Shown here in pieces: positions 41,086 to 51,467 of a stretch of 64,000 nucleotides of DNA (position 1 is the first letter of the stretch; every line of letters starts with the position of its first letter). Origin of the DNA: a bacterium (lineage in GTDB: Bacteria; Zixibacteria; MSB-5A5; GN15; FEB-12); contig JBDRNJ010000014.1 in assembly GCA_043811375.1 (NCBI GenBank), positions 1-64,000 of the forward strand, in the 5' to 3' direction. The position numbers were made by a program, and so were the translations under genes. The notes below the pieces were generated by a model. It did not search any database and was not told the origin of the DNA. It saw only the letters and a program-made list of their open reading frames with translations.

Positions 41086-42141
41086 TCACAACGCTTTCTG
41101 ACAGGTGAACCCACTGGGCTCTTTCGGATCACCGATACGCCGGTGTCTAATTACCTGCAAGGTCTCTACATCCACCAGAACGAGCATGGCAATGTCTCTG
41201 TCGATTCCCACAAGAAAGCGTCCGTCCGGTGTAATTTCAATATGACTCAGGTAAAGGAGACTCGGCTGGGTGCCATATAAACTGTCAACGATGATATTAA
41301 CGTGCTCGACGGCTCTTGACCCCGTATTTAGAACGCTAAGGCTGGTACTGGGGGGCCAACAGTAGGATATGGTCATATCAGGATAAGTGAAGAAAAGTCG
41401 CTGTCCGTCAGGTGTTAGCTCAAGTTGCCCGTTGCCTGGCTCAAAGTGATAGCTAAACACAACCGAGTCTGCGCCAACATCGAACAGTTGCACAGCCATA
41501 TGGCACAAACCCCATCCGGCATAGATATACCAGTAGTGCTCGTTAGGAGATGGCCGTACCCATGTAAAAACAAAATCGGTAAACTGTCTGCGTACGGGTG
41601 GTTTGCTCCCCTTAACTTCGACCCGGTAAACGTAATCGCGATACCTGCTGCCATAGAATGTCCGGCTGTCATAAGAGAAGGTGCCCCAGTATGTCTGGTC
41701 GGTGTCATGAAAAACGACGGAATAGTCCGATGTGCTCAGAACGTACAGATCATTACCCTGTATAGCGACCAAGCGGTTGTCAGGTGAGACGGCTATGCCG
41801 CCCCCGGCATCGTATGGCAGTTTGGTCAGGTTCTGCGGATTGCCTATTTCCAGCATAAAGCATGAATCCTGTAACGCCAGGTAAAGCTTCTTCCCATCGG
41901 CCGAAACCGTTAACCCTCGCAGAGAACCGACCGCCACCTGAAACGAGTCAAGTAAATCACTGCCGACATGATAGGCATAAATCCATCCCGGATTCCCGGA
42001 ATCGTCGAAATAGACCACATAGTCCTTCGGCTGCGGCGGCCCCGTCGGTTTGTCACCGTTGCAGGCCGATAAGTATAAAACCAAACCTGCCAGTACTGCC
42101 GCAAGGAACGCCGGCGCTCGCTTCACCTTCCAACTTGCCAT
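41086..42141 (-). CDS. Beta-propeller (YncE-like) lipoprotein
   Basis: Lipobox LSAC; repeated SADGKKLY, SPDNRLV, TPDGQRLF and TPDGRFL. Confidence 0.8.
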   Translation of the reverse strand: MASWKVKRAPAFLAAVLAGLVLYLSACNGDKPTGPPQPKDYVVYFDDSGNPGWIYAYHVGSDLLDSFQVAVGSLRGLTVSADGKKLYLALQDSCFMLEIGNPQNLTKLPYDAGGGIAVSPDNRLVAIQGNDLYVLSTSDYSVVFHDTDQTYWGTFSYDSRTFYGSRYRDYVYRVEVKGSKPPVRRQFTDFVFTWVRPSPNEHYWYIYAGWGLCHMAVQLFDVGADSVVFSYHFEPGNGQLELTPDGQRLFFTYPDMTISYCWPPSTSLSVLNTGSRAVEHVNIIVDSLYGTQPSLLYLSHIEITPDGRFLVGIDRDIAMLVLVDVETLQVIRHRRIGDPKEPSGFTCQKAL

Positions 42142-42441
42142 AGCAATCCCGCCTTATTATTTGATTGGTTTTGGTAATATAGTTCATACCCCTGTCAATT
42201 CCTGTCGGTATAAAAGCAACCTTTTGAAAAAACTATTCTCTCGAAATTGTCTGATTGGCTTCATAATACTGCTCATACCCCGGTTATATAAGGGATTCTA
42301 CCCTGCGTTTGCAGTTTCAACCCCAAACAAGTTTGGGGTTGCCACCCGAGGTCGACGCGCGTTGGGTGGGGGATTGTCACCCACTAATAAATGTGGAGAT
42401 GCCACTGACTGGTCACTGGTGATGCCGGCGGGCTCTCACCC

Positions 42442-43035
42442 CTATCCGGTCAGATCACTAATTCTCAGTATGGTAAACGTCGTATTGCCGTACTTACGGT
42501 GTTGCTCAATCTCGAATCCGGCGAAGTCGATTTTTGCAGTTTCCGAGGTGTCGTGCTGGCAGATAATCAGTCCCCCGGTGCTGACGATGTTGGTATCCTT
42601 CAGGAGAACCAGCGTGCGATCGATCAACCCCTGATATTGTGGCGGCGCCACCATCACGATGTCATACTTTCGCGTGCCGGCAGCAAGCCTTCTCACAGCT
42701 TCAAAGACGTCTTCAGCCAGGCAGGTCAACTGATCCGAAACTTCGAGTCTCCCGGCGTTACGATTGATCGTTTCAGCCAGTTTCGGGTCGACTTCCACAC
42801 CGAGCGCCACACCTGCTCCCCGCGATACCGCCTCAAACAAGTACGAACCGGTCCCGCTGAACAGGTCCAGGTAGCAGGCTGAGGAAAGGTAAGGCGCCAG
42901 AAAATCAAAGATAGCCCGGCGCAGGCGTGTCAGCGGAGGGCGCGTAATCCCGGTATTCGGGGCGGTTATGACTTTGCCCTTCAGCCGCCCGGCGACAACT
43001 TTGAACTTGAAATCCGATTGTTTTTTGATGCTCAT
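42442..43035 (-). CDS. rsmD: 16S rRNA (guanine966-N2)-methyltransferase RsmD-like
   Basis: VVAG..KG, TRP....R.AIF, LDLFSGTG...EA.SRGA, APPQY and RKYGNT motifs. Confidence 0.85.
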   Translation of the reverse strand: MSIKKQSDFKFKVVAGRLKGKVITAPNTGITRPPLTRLRRAIFDFLAPYLSSACYLDLFSGTGSYLFEAVSRGAGVALGVEVDPKLAETINRNAGRLEVSDQLTCLAEDVFEAVRRLAAGTRKYDIVMVAPPQYQGLIDRTLVLLKDTNIVSTGGLIICQHDTSETAKIDFAGFEIEQHRKYGNTTFTILRISDLTG

Positions 43036-43180
43036 CAGCCGTAATGGTTGCCTGTTTTGCTTTGATTCCGGCGCAATATAGACGCCTCTTTTTGCTAATA
43101 AAAGCGCTTTCAACAGTCGACAACAAGGATAAGTGGAGAATTTTGTTGATTGGGACATCATTTCGACACCAACTTGAAGT

Positions 43181-43843
43181 ATGCGGAGAAAGATGAAACT
43201 GAAAATTGAAGAGACCGTCCCCGACTTCGATCATATCGAGCAGATGCTGGCGGAGAAAGGTTACCGGGCTGTTTGTGGTGTGGATGAGGTCGGTCGCGGC
43301 CCGCTGGCGGGACCGGTGGTAGCGGCCGCTGTAATCATCCCTCCCGACGTAGACCTTGAAGGTATCGACGATTCCAAAAAACTCTCAGCAGCACGCCGGG
43401 AGCAGTGGTTCGAGAGGATTGTCGAACTGGGTCTTCCCTGCGCAGTAGGCATCATCGACAACGAGGGCATCGACAAAATGAACATCCTCAAAGCTTCCCT
43501 GATGGCTATGCGCAAAGCCGTTATGGATCTGAAGCAATCGCCCGATTTTGTACTGGTCGATGGAGACTACCCCGTACCCAGGATAGACCAGCCGCAATAT
43601 GCCATCATCGGCGGTGATCGTCGCTGCCGCTGTATCGGGGCGGCTTCGGTGATGGCCAAAGTGACCCGTGATCGCATCATGGACCGCTACGAGGCATTGT
43701 ATCCTTCGTTTTCCTTTTCCCGGCACAAAGGCTATCCTACCCCCGCTCACCTGCAAGAGTTGCGAGAGCACGGACCCTGCGAAATCCACCGCCGGTCATT
43801 CAAGCCGGTAGCAGAACTGCTTGAGGAATATGCGCTCCTGTAA
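43181..43843 (+). CDS. rnhB: Ribonuclease HII
   Basis: GVDEVGRGPLAGPVV, DDSKKL, AASVMAKVTRD and HKGYPT motifs. Confidence 0.97.
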   Translation: MRRKMKLKIEETVPDFDHIEQMLAEKGYRAVCGVDEVGRGPLAGPVVAAAVIIPPDVDLEGIDDSKKLSAARREQWFERIVELGLPCAVGIIDNEGIDKMNILKASLMAMRKAVMDLKQSPDFVLVDGDYPVPRIDQPQYAIIGGDRRCRCIGAASVMAKVTRDRIMDRYEALYPSFSFSRHKGYPTPAHLQELREHGPCEIHRRSFKPVAELLEEYALL

Positions 43844-44213
43844 TGACAATCCGGAGAAACAGGATCACCGGGTACAAACCGGAAAAACCTTCGAACATCT
43901 GGCCGGCCGATTTTTCGTGCAAAACGGTTTTGAGATACTGGAGCGCAACTGGCGCACCGGCCATCGAGAGATTGACCTGATCGTCAAGAAGGACAATCTG
44001 ATAGTATTCGTCGAAGTCAAATCAGCCTCATCGCAGAAATTCGGCCATCCGGCCAACCGGGTTGACAACAAGAAAGTCGCCAATCTTACCCGCGCCGCAC
44101 AACAGTACCTGATTGATCACAGTATCGAGAATCACGATCTGCGCTTCGACGTGGTAACGTACGTGCAGGGGAAACTGGAACACTTCCCCAACGCTTTCCC
44201 GGCCGGCGAATGA
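43821..44213 (+). CDS. YraN family (UPF0102) protein
   Basis: G...E..A...G..ILERNWR...EIDLI....VFVEVK and RFDVV motifs. Confidence 0.93.
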   Translation: MRNMRSCNDNPEKQDHRVQTGKTFEHLAGRFFVQNGFEILERNWRTGHREIDLIVKKDNLIVFVEVKSASSQKFGHPANRVDNKKVANLTRAAQQYLIDHSIENHDLRFDVVTYVQGKLEHFPNAFPAGE

Positions 44214-44236
44214 AACGGCGGAACCTTCCGTCCGGG

Positions 44237-44632
44237 TCAAAGCGAATCGTTTCGGCCGGCGGAGTCCGGGTGAACGAAATCAGTCACAGTTGACGACTGC
44301 CGGTCATTACCGGACAGGGAGTCAACGAACCGCTGGATCAGCCGAGTGAACCTTTCGTATTTCTCGGGGCGATCCCGGTACTGATCAAGATATTCGTGGA
44401 ACTGATCGACCGACAGCGAGTCGACAGCCAGCAGAGAATCCCGAAAAGCTGCATAACCGTCCGGATCGTCTCTCAATCGCGCCGAAGCCAACCAGGCATG
44501 CGCCACCACCAGGGCATAGAGGGAGCTCTCCTCGCGCTGGTGTTTATCGCTTATCCGATTATAGGTGACGTACCCCGCAATAATCGCGGGGATGATAAGA
44601 ATCGCCACCAGCCGTTTTATCCACAGTCCCAT
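44237..44632 (-). CDS. Hypothetical membrane-anchored protein
   Basis: N-terminal TM helix, 131 aa, divergent from ispG. Confidence 0.6.
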   Translation of the reverse strand: MGLWIKRLVAILIIPAIIAGYVTYNRISDKHQREESSLYALVVAHAWLASARLRDDPDGYAAFRDSLLAVDSLSVDQFHEYLDQYRDRPEKYERFTRLIQRFVDSLSGNDRQSSTVTDFVHPDSAGRNDSL

Positions 44633-44711
44633 TTAATCAACTTTCCATTGCCAGTTGCCGCCGGACTTCGTAAACTATCGATCCGAGCCAAACAGGTCAA
44701 GAGATTACAGA

Positions 44712-45800
44712 ATGGAACTGCACTACCCCACTACGCGACGACACAGCCGAACGGTCAAGATCGGCCAGGTTCTTATCGGTGGCGGCTTTCCCATCGCCGT
44801 GCAATCAATGACCAACACCGACACCACCGACTGCCAGGCCACGGTTGCTCAGGCCGGGGCGCTTTTTGACGCCGGTTGCGATATCGTCAGGATGGCTGTC
44901 CCCAACGATGACGCCGCTGATCAACTGAGTGAAATTCGGCGCCAGGTCTCGCAGCCGCTGGTGGCCGACATCCACTTCCAGCATAAGCTGGCACTCAAAG
45001 CGATTGCCGCCGGGTTCGACAAAATTCGTATCAACCCCGGCAATATCGGGGCCGACTGGAAAGTTCGCGAAGTGGCCCGGGCCGCTCACGAGGCCGAGGT
45101 GCCGATCCGTATCGGCGTCAACTCCGGTTCGCTGCCGAAAGACTTGCTGGAAAAGTACGGCCATGACGATCCCGAAGCGCTGGTGCAGGCGGCTTTGCGC
45201 GAAGCTGCGATTCTGGAAGATATCGACTTCGGCAACATTGTCATTTCAGTCAAATCATCCAACACGGTTACGGCTTTCTGGGCCTATCATATACTGGCTG
45301 AAAGATGCGAATATCCACTTCACCTCGGCATTACCGAGGCTGGCGTTCTGGAGCCGGGTACTGTCAAGTCATCGGTCGGTATCGGCGCTTTGTTGCTGAC
45401 CGGTGTCGGTGACACCATTCGGGTCTCGTTGACCGCTGACCCAGTTCACGAAGTACGCGTGGCCCGTCAAATACTGGCCTCGTGTGAGATGAAAAAGGAT
45501 GGCGTCGATGTCATCTCCTGCCCCACCTGCGGCCGCTGTCAGATCGACCTGATACCGTTGGCGGAGTCTGTCACCGAAAAGACACGGCATATCAAGACAC
45601 GACTGAAAGTAGCTGTCATGGGTTGTGTCGTCAACGGTCCGGGAGAGGCCGCTGCGGCCGATATCGGCATTACCGGCGGCGATGGACGCGGCGCTATTAT
45701 CAAGCAGGGTGAGATCGTCAGACGGGTGGACGAGTCCGACCTGGAACAGGCGCTTCTTGATGAGATTGAATCAATGACCGGGGAGAGTATTCCGCGGTAG
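44712..45800 (+). CDS. ispG: 4-hydroxy-3-methylbut-2-en-1-yl diphosphate synthase
   Basis: VQSMTNT, ADIHF, RINPGNIG, HLGITEAG, SCPTCGR and MGCVVNGPGEA motifs. Confidence 0.97.
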   Translation: MELHYPTTRRHSRTVKIGQVLIGGGFPIAVQSMTNTDTTDCQATVAQAGALFDAGCDIVRMAVPNDDAADQLSEIRRQVSQPLVADIHFQHKLALKAIAAGFDKIRINPGNIGADWKVREVARAAHEAEVPIRIGVNSGSLPKDLLEKYGHDDPEALVQAALREAAILEDIDFGNIVISVKSSNTVTAFWAYHILAERCEYPLHLGITEAGVLEPGTVKSSVGIGALLLTGVGDTIRVSLTADPVHEVRVARQILASCEMKKDGVDVISCPTCGRCQIDLIPLAESVTEKTRHIKTRLKVAVMGCVVNGPGEAAAADIGITGGDGRGAIIKQGEIVRRVDESDLEQALLDEIESMTGESIPR

Positions 45801-45822
45801 GCTTCATCAGCAGAGACTCTGG

Positions 45823-45910
45823 CGGGTGGCTCACCGCTTGCGGTGAGTTTCTATTCCATCTTATACATTGATTGTAAGAAGAACTGTAAACGCACCCCAA
45901 GGGGTGCGCC
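45823..45910 (+). repeat. 88-bp dispersed repeat, copy 1 (two hairpins)
   Basis: CGGGTGGCTCACCGCTTGCGGTGAGTTTC...GAACTGTAAACGCACCCCAAGGGGTGCGCC; copy 2 at 51310-51397. Confidence 0.85.
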
Positions 45911-46110
45911 ACCAGCCGAAGATAGTAATTACAAATATATGTACGATCACATTTTTAACACAAGCGGTTTTCTACACAAGAAAAGCAGCTTAAAAGCAAG
46001 TTCAAGCCCCCCCGCATGTGCGTCTGTCACCTTCCCAGCAGAAAAAGTGGGTCGGGTTCCGCCGTGGCTGTTTTGTTGACTACCGGATAGTTGTCTCCGA
46101 TACTTACATT

Positions 46111-47436
46111 ATGCGGTTTGGATCAAAAAAGTTGCTTATCGCCGTAAGCCTGGTGCTGCTTTTGATCGTGCTGATCAACCTGTCCTGGTGGGTGTTTTAC
46201 CAGCGTACACTGCAGATACTGGACAGCCAACTGACCCGACGTCTGCTGGTCACGGCCAGGGCGGCAGCCGCAGCGTTACCGACCGGCAGCCTGGAGACGC
46301 TCACCTTAGGAGATTTGGATGCCTGGGTAGAGGTCAGCGATCTCCTGGAAAGAATCCGCGCTTCCGATTCACTGGCGGAACTGTTTGTCATCGATGACAA
46401 CTACTCGGTGCTGGTCAGCACTTCACTGGAACCCGACTCAACCTACTTTCTGGCTGAACTCAACGGCGTCTACATCGACTCGATCCTGTTCGGACACACC
46501 GACAAAGCTCTGGCCACGCCGGCCTACCGCACCGGCGACGTTTACCTGCGCTCGGCCTTTGCCCCTCTTTATGACAATGACGGCTACCTGCTGGCGGTGC
46601 TGGGCGTGGAAGCCGACGTCGATTACTTCGACGATCTGACTCAACTGCGCCGGAATCTATATTATTCGGGCGGGTTGTCGATCGCTGCCGGTGTCGTTTT
46701 TGGTCTGCTGTTTCTGTTCTACCAGCGCCGGATCAGCCGCGCAGAACAACATCTGTACCTGAGTGAGACGCACTCCTTCCTGGGACGGATGGTTGCCGTA
46801 GTGGCCCACGAGATAAAGAATCCCCTGATGATAATCCGCGCCTCGGCCGAGCGCCTGGGCAAAAGACACCGTGACGAGGAAAGCTCGTTTATCGTAGAAG
46901 AATCCGACCGGTTGGATGAAATAGTCACCGGCTATCTCGATTTCGCCGGCGGCGGCTCGGTCCTGTCGACCGACCGCCGGGAACAGGTCAACCTGGCGCA
47001 TCTCGTTGCCGGGGTCAGAAAAGTGTTGACGGAAAGATACACGGAGCAAACGATTGAATGGATCGAAGACACCTTACCCGATGAACTGGTCTTTGAAACC
47101 TATCATCGTTCATTGCGGCAGGTATTGGTGAATCTACTGAACAACGGTGTACAAGCCTGCCTGACGGCATCCCGTCCGGCGGCTGTCGGTATAACTTTCG
47201 AGATGAAGGATAATCAGGTTCTTATCCGCGTAATCGATCACGGACCGGGTATTGATAAGAAGGAACTGAAACGCATCTTCACACCGTTTTACACCACCCG
47301 GCAACATGGCTGGGGCCTGGGACTGTACCTTAGCAGGAAAATCATTGTTGAAATGGGCGGCGACCTGGCGGTTACAAGTCACAGCGGTCGCAAGACCGAA
47401 ATAACGATACGCCTGCCCAGAGAACAGAAGGAATAG
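46111..47436 (+). CDS. Sensor histidine kinase
   Basis: Two TM helices, AHEIKNPL H-box, QVLVNLLNN, DHGPGI, FTPFYTT and GWGLGL. Confidence 0.95.
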   Translation: MRFGSKKLLIAVSLVLLLIVLINLSWWVFYQRTLQILDSQLTRRLLVTARAAAAALPTGSLETLTLGDLDAWVEVSDLLERIRASDSLAELFVIDDNYSVLVSTSLEPDSTYFLAELNGVYIDSILFGHTDKALATPAYRTGDVYLRSAFAPLYDNDGYLLAVLGVEADVDYFDDLTQLRRNLYYSGGLSIAAGVVFGLLFLFYQRRISRAEQHLYLSETHSFLGRMVAVVAHEIKNPLMIIRASAERLGKRHRDEESSFIVEESDRLDEIVTGYLDFAGGGSVLSTDRREQVNLAHLVAGVRKVLTERYTEQTIEWIEDTLPDELVFETYHRSLRQVLVNLLNNGVQACLTASRPAAVGITFEMKDNQVLIRVIDHGPGIDKKELKRIFTPFYTTRQHGWGLGLYLSRKIIVEMGGDLAVTSHSGRKTEITIRLPREQKE

Positions 47437-47439
47437 AGG

Positions 47440-48783
47440 ATGGCTCGAATTCTCGTTGTCGATGACGAACCGAAAATGACTTCGCTCATCTGCGGTACAC
47501 TGGAAGATGCCGGTCACAGTGTGACTACGACCGTTAAACCGACCGAGGCGCTTCAGTTGCTAAAGAAACATTCTTATGACATCGTGATCACCGACCTGTC
47601 GATGCCGGAGATTTCGGGTATGACGATTCTGGAAAACGCTCTCGAACAGGAAGGCACCGAAGTCATTATGATGACCGCCTACGGCACGGCCGAGACGGCC
47701 GTGGCAGCTATGAAAAAAGGCGCCGCCGACTATCTGCTGAAACCGTTCCCGCTCGATGAACTTCAACTGCTGGTGTCGAGGCTGGTCGAGAAACAACGGT
47801 TGCAGAACCTGTCGGGACATTACCAGCAAGTGATCCGCGAAGGTGTCTACGACACGTTCATTGGATCATCAAAAGCGGCGCAGTCTTTGCAAAACCTGCT
47901 GACCAAAGTGGCTCCATCTGACACCACGGTATTATTGACCGGTCGCTCGGGCACCGGCAAGGAACTGGCCGCAAGGATGATCCATGAGTTGTCCCGACGA
48001 ACCGACAACGCTTTTATCGCCGTCAACTGCGCCGCCCTGACGGAGACGCTTCTCGAATCCGAGATGTTCGGTCATGAGATGGGTGCTTTCACGGGAGCCG
48101 TCAAACGGAAACGGGGGCGCTTTGAACTGGCCGACCGGGGAACGATCTTTCTGGACGAAATCGGTGAAATGTCGGCCGGGTTGCAATCCAAATTGCTGCG
48201 GGTGCTGGAAGAACGTCGGCTGGTGCGCGTGGGAGGTGTTGATGAGGTAGATGTCGACGTGCGGGTGGTAGCGGCCACCAATCGCAATCTCAGAGAGGAT
48301 ATCGACGAGAGGCGATTCCGCGAAGACCTGTATTACCGATTGAATGTTTTTCCCGTAAGGATGCCCGATCTCGTCGAGCGCAGCGAAGATGTAATCGAAC
48401 TGGCGCAATACTTCCTGAAACGAACCAACTACCCGCACACCCGGTTATCCGCAGAGGTACAGCGACTCCTGCTGGAGTACGCCTGGCCGGGCAACATTCG
48501 TGAATTGCGAAACGCCATCGAACGGGCGACAATCCTGGCCGGCGATCAGCCTCTCGGAGTCGATGATTTTGCGCTGGAAAGTGGTGGTAGCGAACCCCTG
48601 GTGAAGGGTCAGCCAATGGGAGTAACTGCCCCGGTCGGTGGTCTGGAAAACACTGAGAAACAGATGATTTTAGACGCCCTTAAACAGAGCGGGGGTAATA
48701 AGACTGAAGCTGCCCGGTTGCTGAAAATAACCCGGCGGCGGCTGTACAGCCGAATGAAGGCTCACAATATACAGCCGCAATGA
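47440..48783 (+). CDS. Sigma54-dependent (NtrC/ZraR-type) response regulator
   Basis: REC domain, GRSGTGKE, GAFTGA, FLDEIGE, WPGNIREL and Fis-type HTH. Confidence 0.97.
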   Translation: MARILVVDDEPKMTSLICGTLEDAGHSVTTTVKPTEALQLLKKHSYDIVITDLSMPEISGMTILENALEQEGTEVIMMTAYGTAETAVAAMKKGAADYLLKPFPLDELQLLVSRLVEKQRLQNLSGHYQQVIREGVYDTFIGSSKAAQSLQNLLTKVAPSDTTVLLTGRSGTGKELAARMIHELSRRTDNAFIAVNCAALTETLLESEMFGHEMGAFTGAVKRKRGRFELADRGTIFLDEIGEMSAGLQSKLLRVLEERRLVRVGGVDEVDVDVRVVAATNRNLREDIDERRFREDLYYRLNVFPVRMPDLVERSEDVIELAQYFLKRTNYPHTRLSAEVQRLLLEYAWPGNIRELRNAIERATILAGDQPLGVDDFALESGGSEPLVKGQPMGVTAPVGGLENTEKQMILDALKQSGGNKTEAARLLKITRRRLYSRMKAHNIQPQ

Positions 48784-48802
48784 GCGGCTGGGGCCACCCG
48801 GT

Positions 48803-48908
48803 TGTACCCCCTGGTACAGGAGGATGACACCAGACTTGAGGCACTATACGTAAGTTGTTATCTTGCTATAACTAACAATCACCAAGGTCGGTCGGCACGG
48901 AGTTTGTT
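48803..48908 (+). promoter_or_regulatory. Putative sigma54 promoter with upstream activator site
   Basis: TGTACC-N4-GGTACA palindrome (48803-48818) and CGGCAC-N5-TTGTT (48893-48908; -12 element deviates from TTGC). Confidence 0.5.
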
Positions 48909-48945
48909 GCGTATGTTGTCAGAACCTTTGATGGAGAATATGGAA

Positions 48946-49977
48946 ATGACAAAAAAGATATTGTTGAGCGTTGTTCTGGCAGGTCTGGTGATCGTAGTGG
49001 CCGCCCCGACACAGTCCCAGGCGCAAATGCAGATGGAGGGAGTCCAGCGGCAACTTGATAAAACCGACCAGATAATTGAGCAGGCAAAAGAGGCCGTCCG
49101 AACGGTCGATGCCCCGATGGCAGTTTATTCCGTGGAAAAGGCAGAGAACCTTCAACTGCAGGCATGGGACCATTTCCGCAAGCGACGAGGACTGATGGCG
49201 TATGAATTCTCTACCAAAGCAGAGGAACTGGCCAGAAAAGCCCTGGCGATCTGTCGCCTGACCGAGCAGGGAGAGACAGTTGTCCTGCGCCGGTTGGAAC
49301 GGGCGACGGAAGTGATGGAAAGAGCCCGTGACGCCATGCCGCCGGGACCCGATGGCAGACTGCGGACAATCTATGACTCAGCCCGGGATAATCTGCTTAA
49401 GGCTAAAGAATTCTATCGTGCCGGCAGCTACCGCCCCGCCCTCAAGCTGGCCCGACAGGTTGAAAAGGCCGCACGAGAAATCCTCGAAGTGGCCAACCGC
49501 AAGAAGCATCGAGAGGCCGAATTCGAGCGCCGCTATGAAGCCACGGGAGCCGTCATGGAACGGGCTCGTGAAACACTCGGTGACTGCAATTCGGCTGCGG
49601 CCGTTAACCTGATTGAGCAGGCGGAACAGACTTACCGGCAGTCGCACCAACATGCTCTCAAGGGCAGAACCGAGGTTGCCCTGCGAAACCTTCAGCAGGC
49701 TCGAACGATGGCCGTGGAAGCTGCCAGGAAATGCCAGAGATCCGGCACGATGGAACAGCAGCACGAGCGACTCACCCTGGAAGCTGATCATCTGGCAGAG
49801 CAGATCACCTCGGATAATGATGCCGCCCGGCGGTTGTTAAACAATGTTCATGAGCAGTTGCAACTGGCCGAAAACGCCATCGGCCAACAACAAACAGAAG
49901 CGACCACAGCTGCCCTGCGAGCCGCTCGGCTTATGCTCAATCAACTGAAATCCATGCTCACCGGCGACGGTCGCTGA
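48946..49977 (+). CDS. Secreted all-alpha helical repeat protein
   Basis: Signal peptide ending AQA; Ala/Glu/Arg-rich helical repeats. Confidence 0.75.
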   Translation: MTKKILLSVVLAGLVIVVAAPTQSQAQMQMEGVQRQLDKTDQIIEQAKEAVRTVDAPMAVYSVEKAENLQLQAWDHFRKRRGLMAYEFSTKAEELARKALAICRLTEQGETVVLRRLERATEVMERARDAMPPGPDGRLRTIYDSARDNLLKAKEFYRAGSYRPALKLARQVEKAAREILEVANRKKHREAEFERRYEATGAVMERARETLGDCNSAAAVNLIEQAEQTYRQSHQHALKGRTEVALRNLQQARTMAVEAARKCQRSGTMEQQHERLTLEADHLAEQITSDNDAARRLLNNVHEQLQLAENAIGQQQTEATTAALRAARLMLNQLKSMLTGDGR

Positions 49978-49995
49978 CAAACTGATTGAGGCAGA

Positions 49996-51258
49996 TTGCG
50001 ATTGCGGGCACTTGGTATCGTTGCATTAACACTGGCGCTGGTGATCAGCCGATCCGATAAGTTGTGTGCGGATGACTTTGACATTCGAGCCGGGGTCGGG
50101 TACGATCTTATTTCTCAACGCTTCTTTCTCGATTCATTGGAAGGTACCGATTCCCTTCTGAGCAGTTGGGCATCGTCTGCCGATTATCTCGACGATCTCA
50201 AGGGACAATTTGCCGTGACCTGGTGGCCGGGAAGCGACCGGCGAACGGAACTGGCGGCCGGCTACGAACAGACGGCGGAGTTTATCAGGCTGCGTCTTTC
50301 CAACCGTAGTCGACTGACTCTCGGTCACACCCGGCTCGATCTCGACGGCGAGATGGAGCAGCGTCAACGCCACCGCGGAACGGCCGACTTCGGCGACACT
50401 TACCTCTCCGGCGCCCTGCGTGCAAAATTGACAACGCCGGTCAGTAAAACCACCTCGCTGGGTTTCCAGGTCCGGGGAGACGGCGTGAGTTTCCGCCGGC
50501 CGGCCGATTATAGTTACAACTACAGCCGCGTGGGTGGCAGGGTCTCGATGACAAAGTCACTGGCCGGCTTCTCTTTTGTCGATACCCGACTCTTTGTCAC
50601 CACCCGCCAGGTCCCGGACTCACTGCCGTTGAACTACGTGAACGCCGGTGTGGAAAGCTCACTGTTTGGATTCTTCGGTGACGTCGAGCTTGACCTGTTC
50701 GTCCGCCTGGAGAAAAAAGATTACAATAAACCGTCCGGCAAAGACGATTACACCCGCTTTGAAACCAATGCGCGCAGCAAGATCGATCTGGGCGCCGACT
50801 GGTTTGGCCGCCCTGAGACCGAGATAGAGTTGACCCGCTATAGTTCAACCGATCCAATCAACGCCGACTACAACCGGGTCGGCCTGGCGCTGATGTTTGG
50901 TCGTGAGTTCGATGGACTGACGATTGCCGCCGGGCCTGATCTGGAGTTTCACGAGGAACAGATGACCGATCTGCTCAACCCCGGAGATTTCACCGAGAAG
51001 GGGGTGCGAGTTGATTTTGACTACATGAGTTTCGATCGCCTGTTCTGTTCCATCGAATCGGTCACCGGTTTCCGTGATCTGACATACGATGACGATTGGC
51101 AGTCCGATTTCACTTTCCAGCGCCTAAATCTCATTACCGATACAAAGATGCTGTCGTCTGTCAGCCTGAGCGTACTGTTTTCCGCCGAATGGGAATGGCA
51201 CCCGCAGGAACGGTCGCAGGTTTATCTGCTTTCCTCCAGCCTCAACTATTCTTTCTAA
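49996..51258 (+). CDS. Probable outer-membrane beta-barrel protein
   Basis: Signal peptide, alternating beta-strand pattern, C-terminal LNYSF. Confidence 0.7.
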   Translation: MRLRALGIVALTLALVISRSDKLCADDFDIRAGVGYDLISQRFFLDSLEGTDSLLSSWASSADYLDDLKGQFAVTWWPGSDRRTELAAGYEQTAEFIRLRLSNRSRLTLGHTRLDLDGEMEQRQRHRGTADFGDTYLSGALRAKLTTPVSKTTSLGFQVRGDGVSFRRPADYSYNYSRVGGRVSMTKSLAGFSFVDTRLFVTTRQVPDSLPLNYVNAGVESSLFGFFGDVELDLFVRLEKKDYNKPSGKDDYTRFETNARSKIDLGADWFGRPETEIELTRYSSTDPINADYNRVGLALMFGREFDGLTIAAGPDLEFHEEQMTDLLNPGDFTEKGVRVDFDYMSFDRLFCSIESVTGFRDLTYDDDWQSDFTFQRLNLITDTKMLSSVSLSVLFSAEWEWHPQERSQVYLLSSSLNYSF

Positions 51259-51309
51259 GCCACGAACAGTGTGTTGAAAAAGTGTGTATCACGCTCAATT
51301 GCCGACAGA

Positions 51310-51397
51310 CGGGTGGCTCACCGCTCGCGGTGAGTTTCTGTTCCATTCTATACTCAGGTTATAGTAGGAACTGTAAACGCATCTCAAGAGGTGCGCC
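51310..51397 (+). repeat. 88-bp dispersed repeat, copy 2
   Basis: Aligns to 45823-45910; hairpins conserved, spacer diverged. Confidence 0.85.
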
Positions 51398-51439
51398 ATC
51401 CCTGCCAAAAAAAGTGGCTTGCCACTGGCTTGCTTTTTC

Positions 51440-51467
51440 TGTCATTCCTGCGAAAGCAGGAATCCAG
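51440..51467 (+). repeat. REP-like palindrome TGTCATTCCTGCGAAAGCAGGAATCCAG
   Basis: Identical to the reverse complement of 22301-22328. Confidence 0.8.

Noticed and set aside
42050..42634. 194-aa + strand ORF
   Set aside because: Overlaps two minus-strand genes and REP-like palindromes; no protein-like features.
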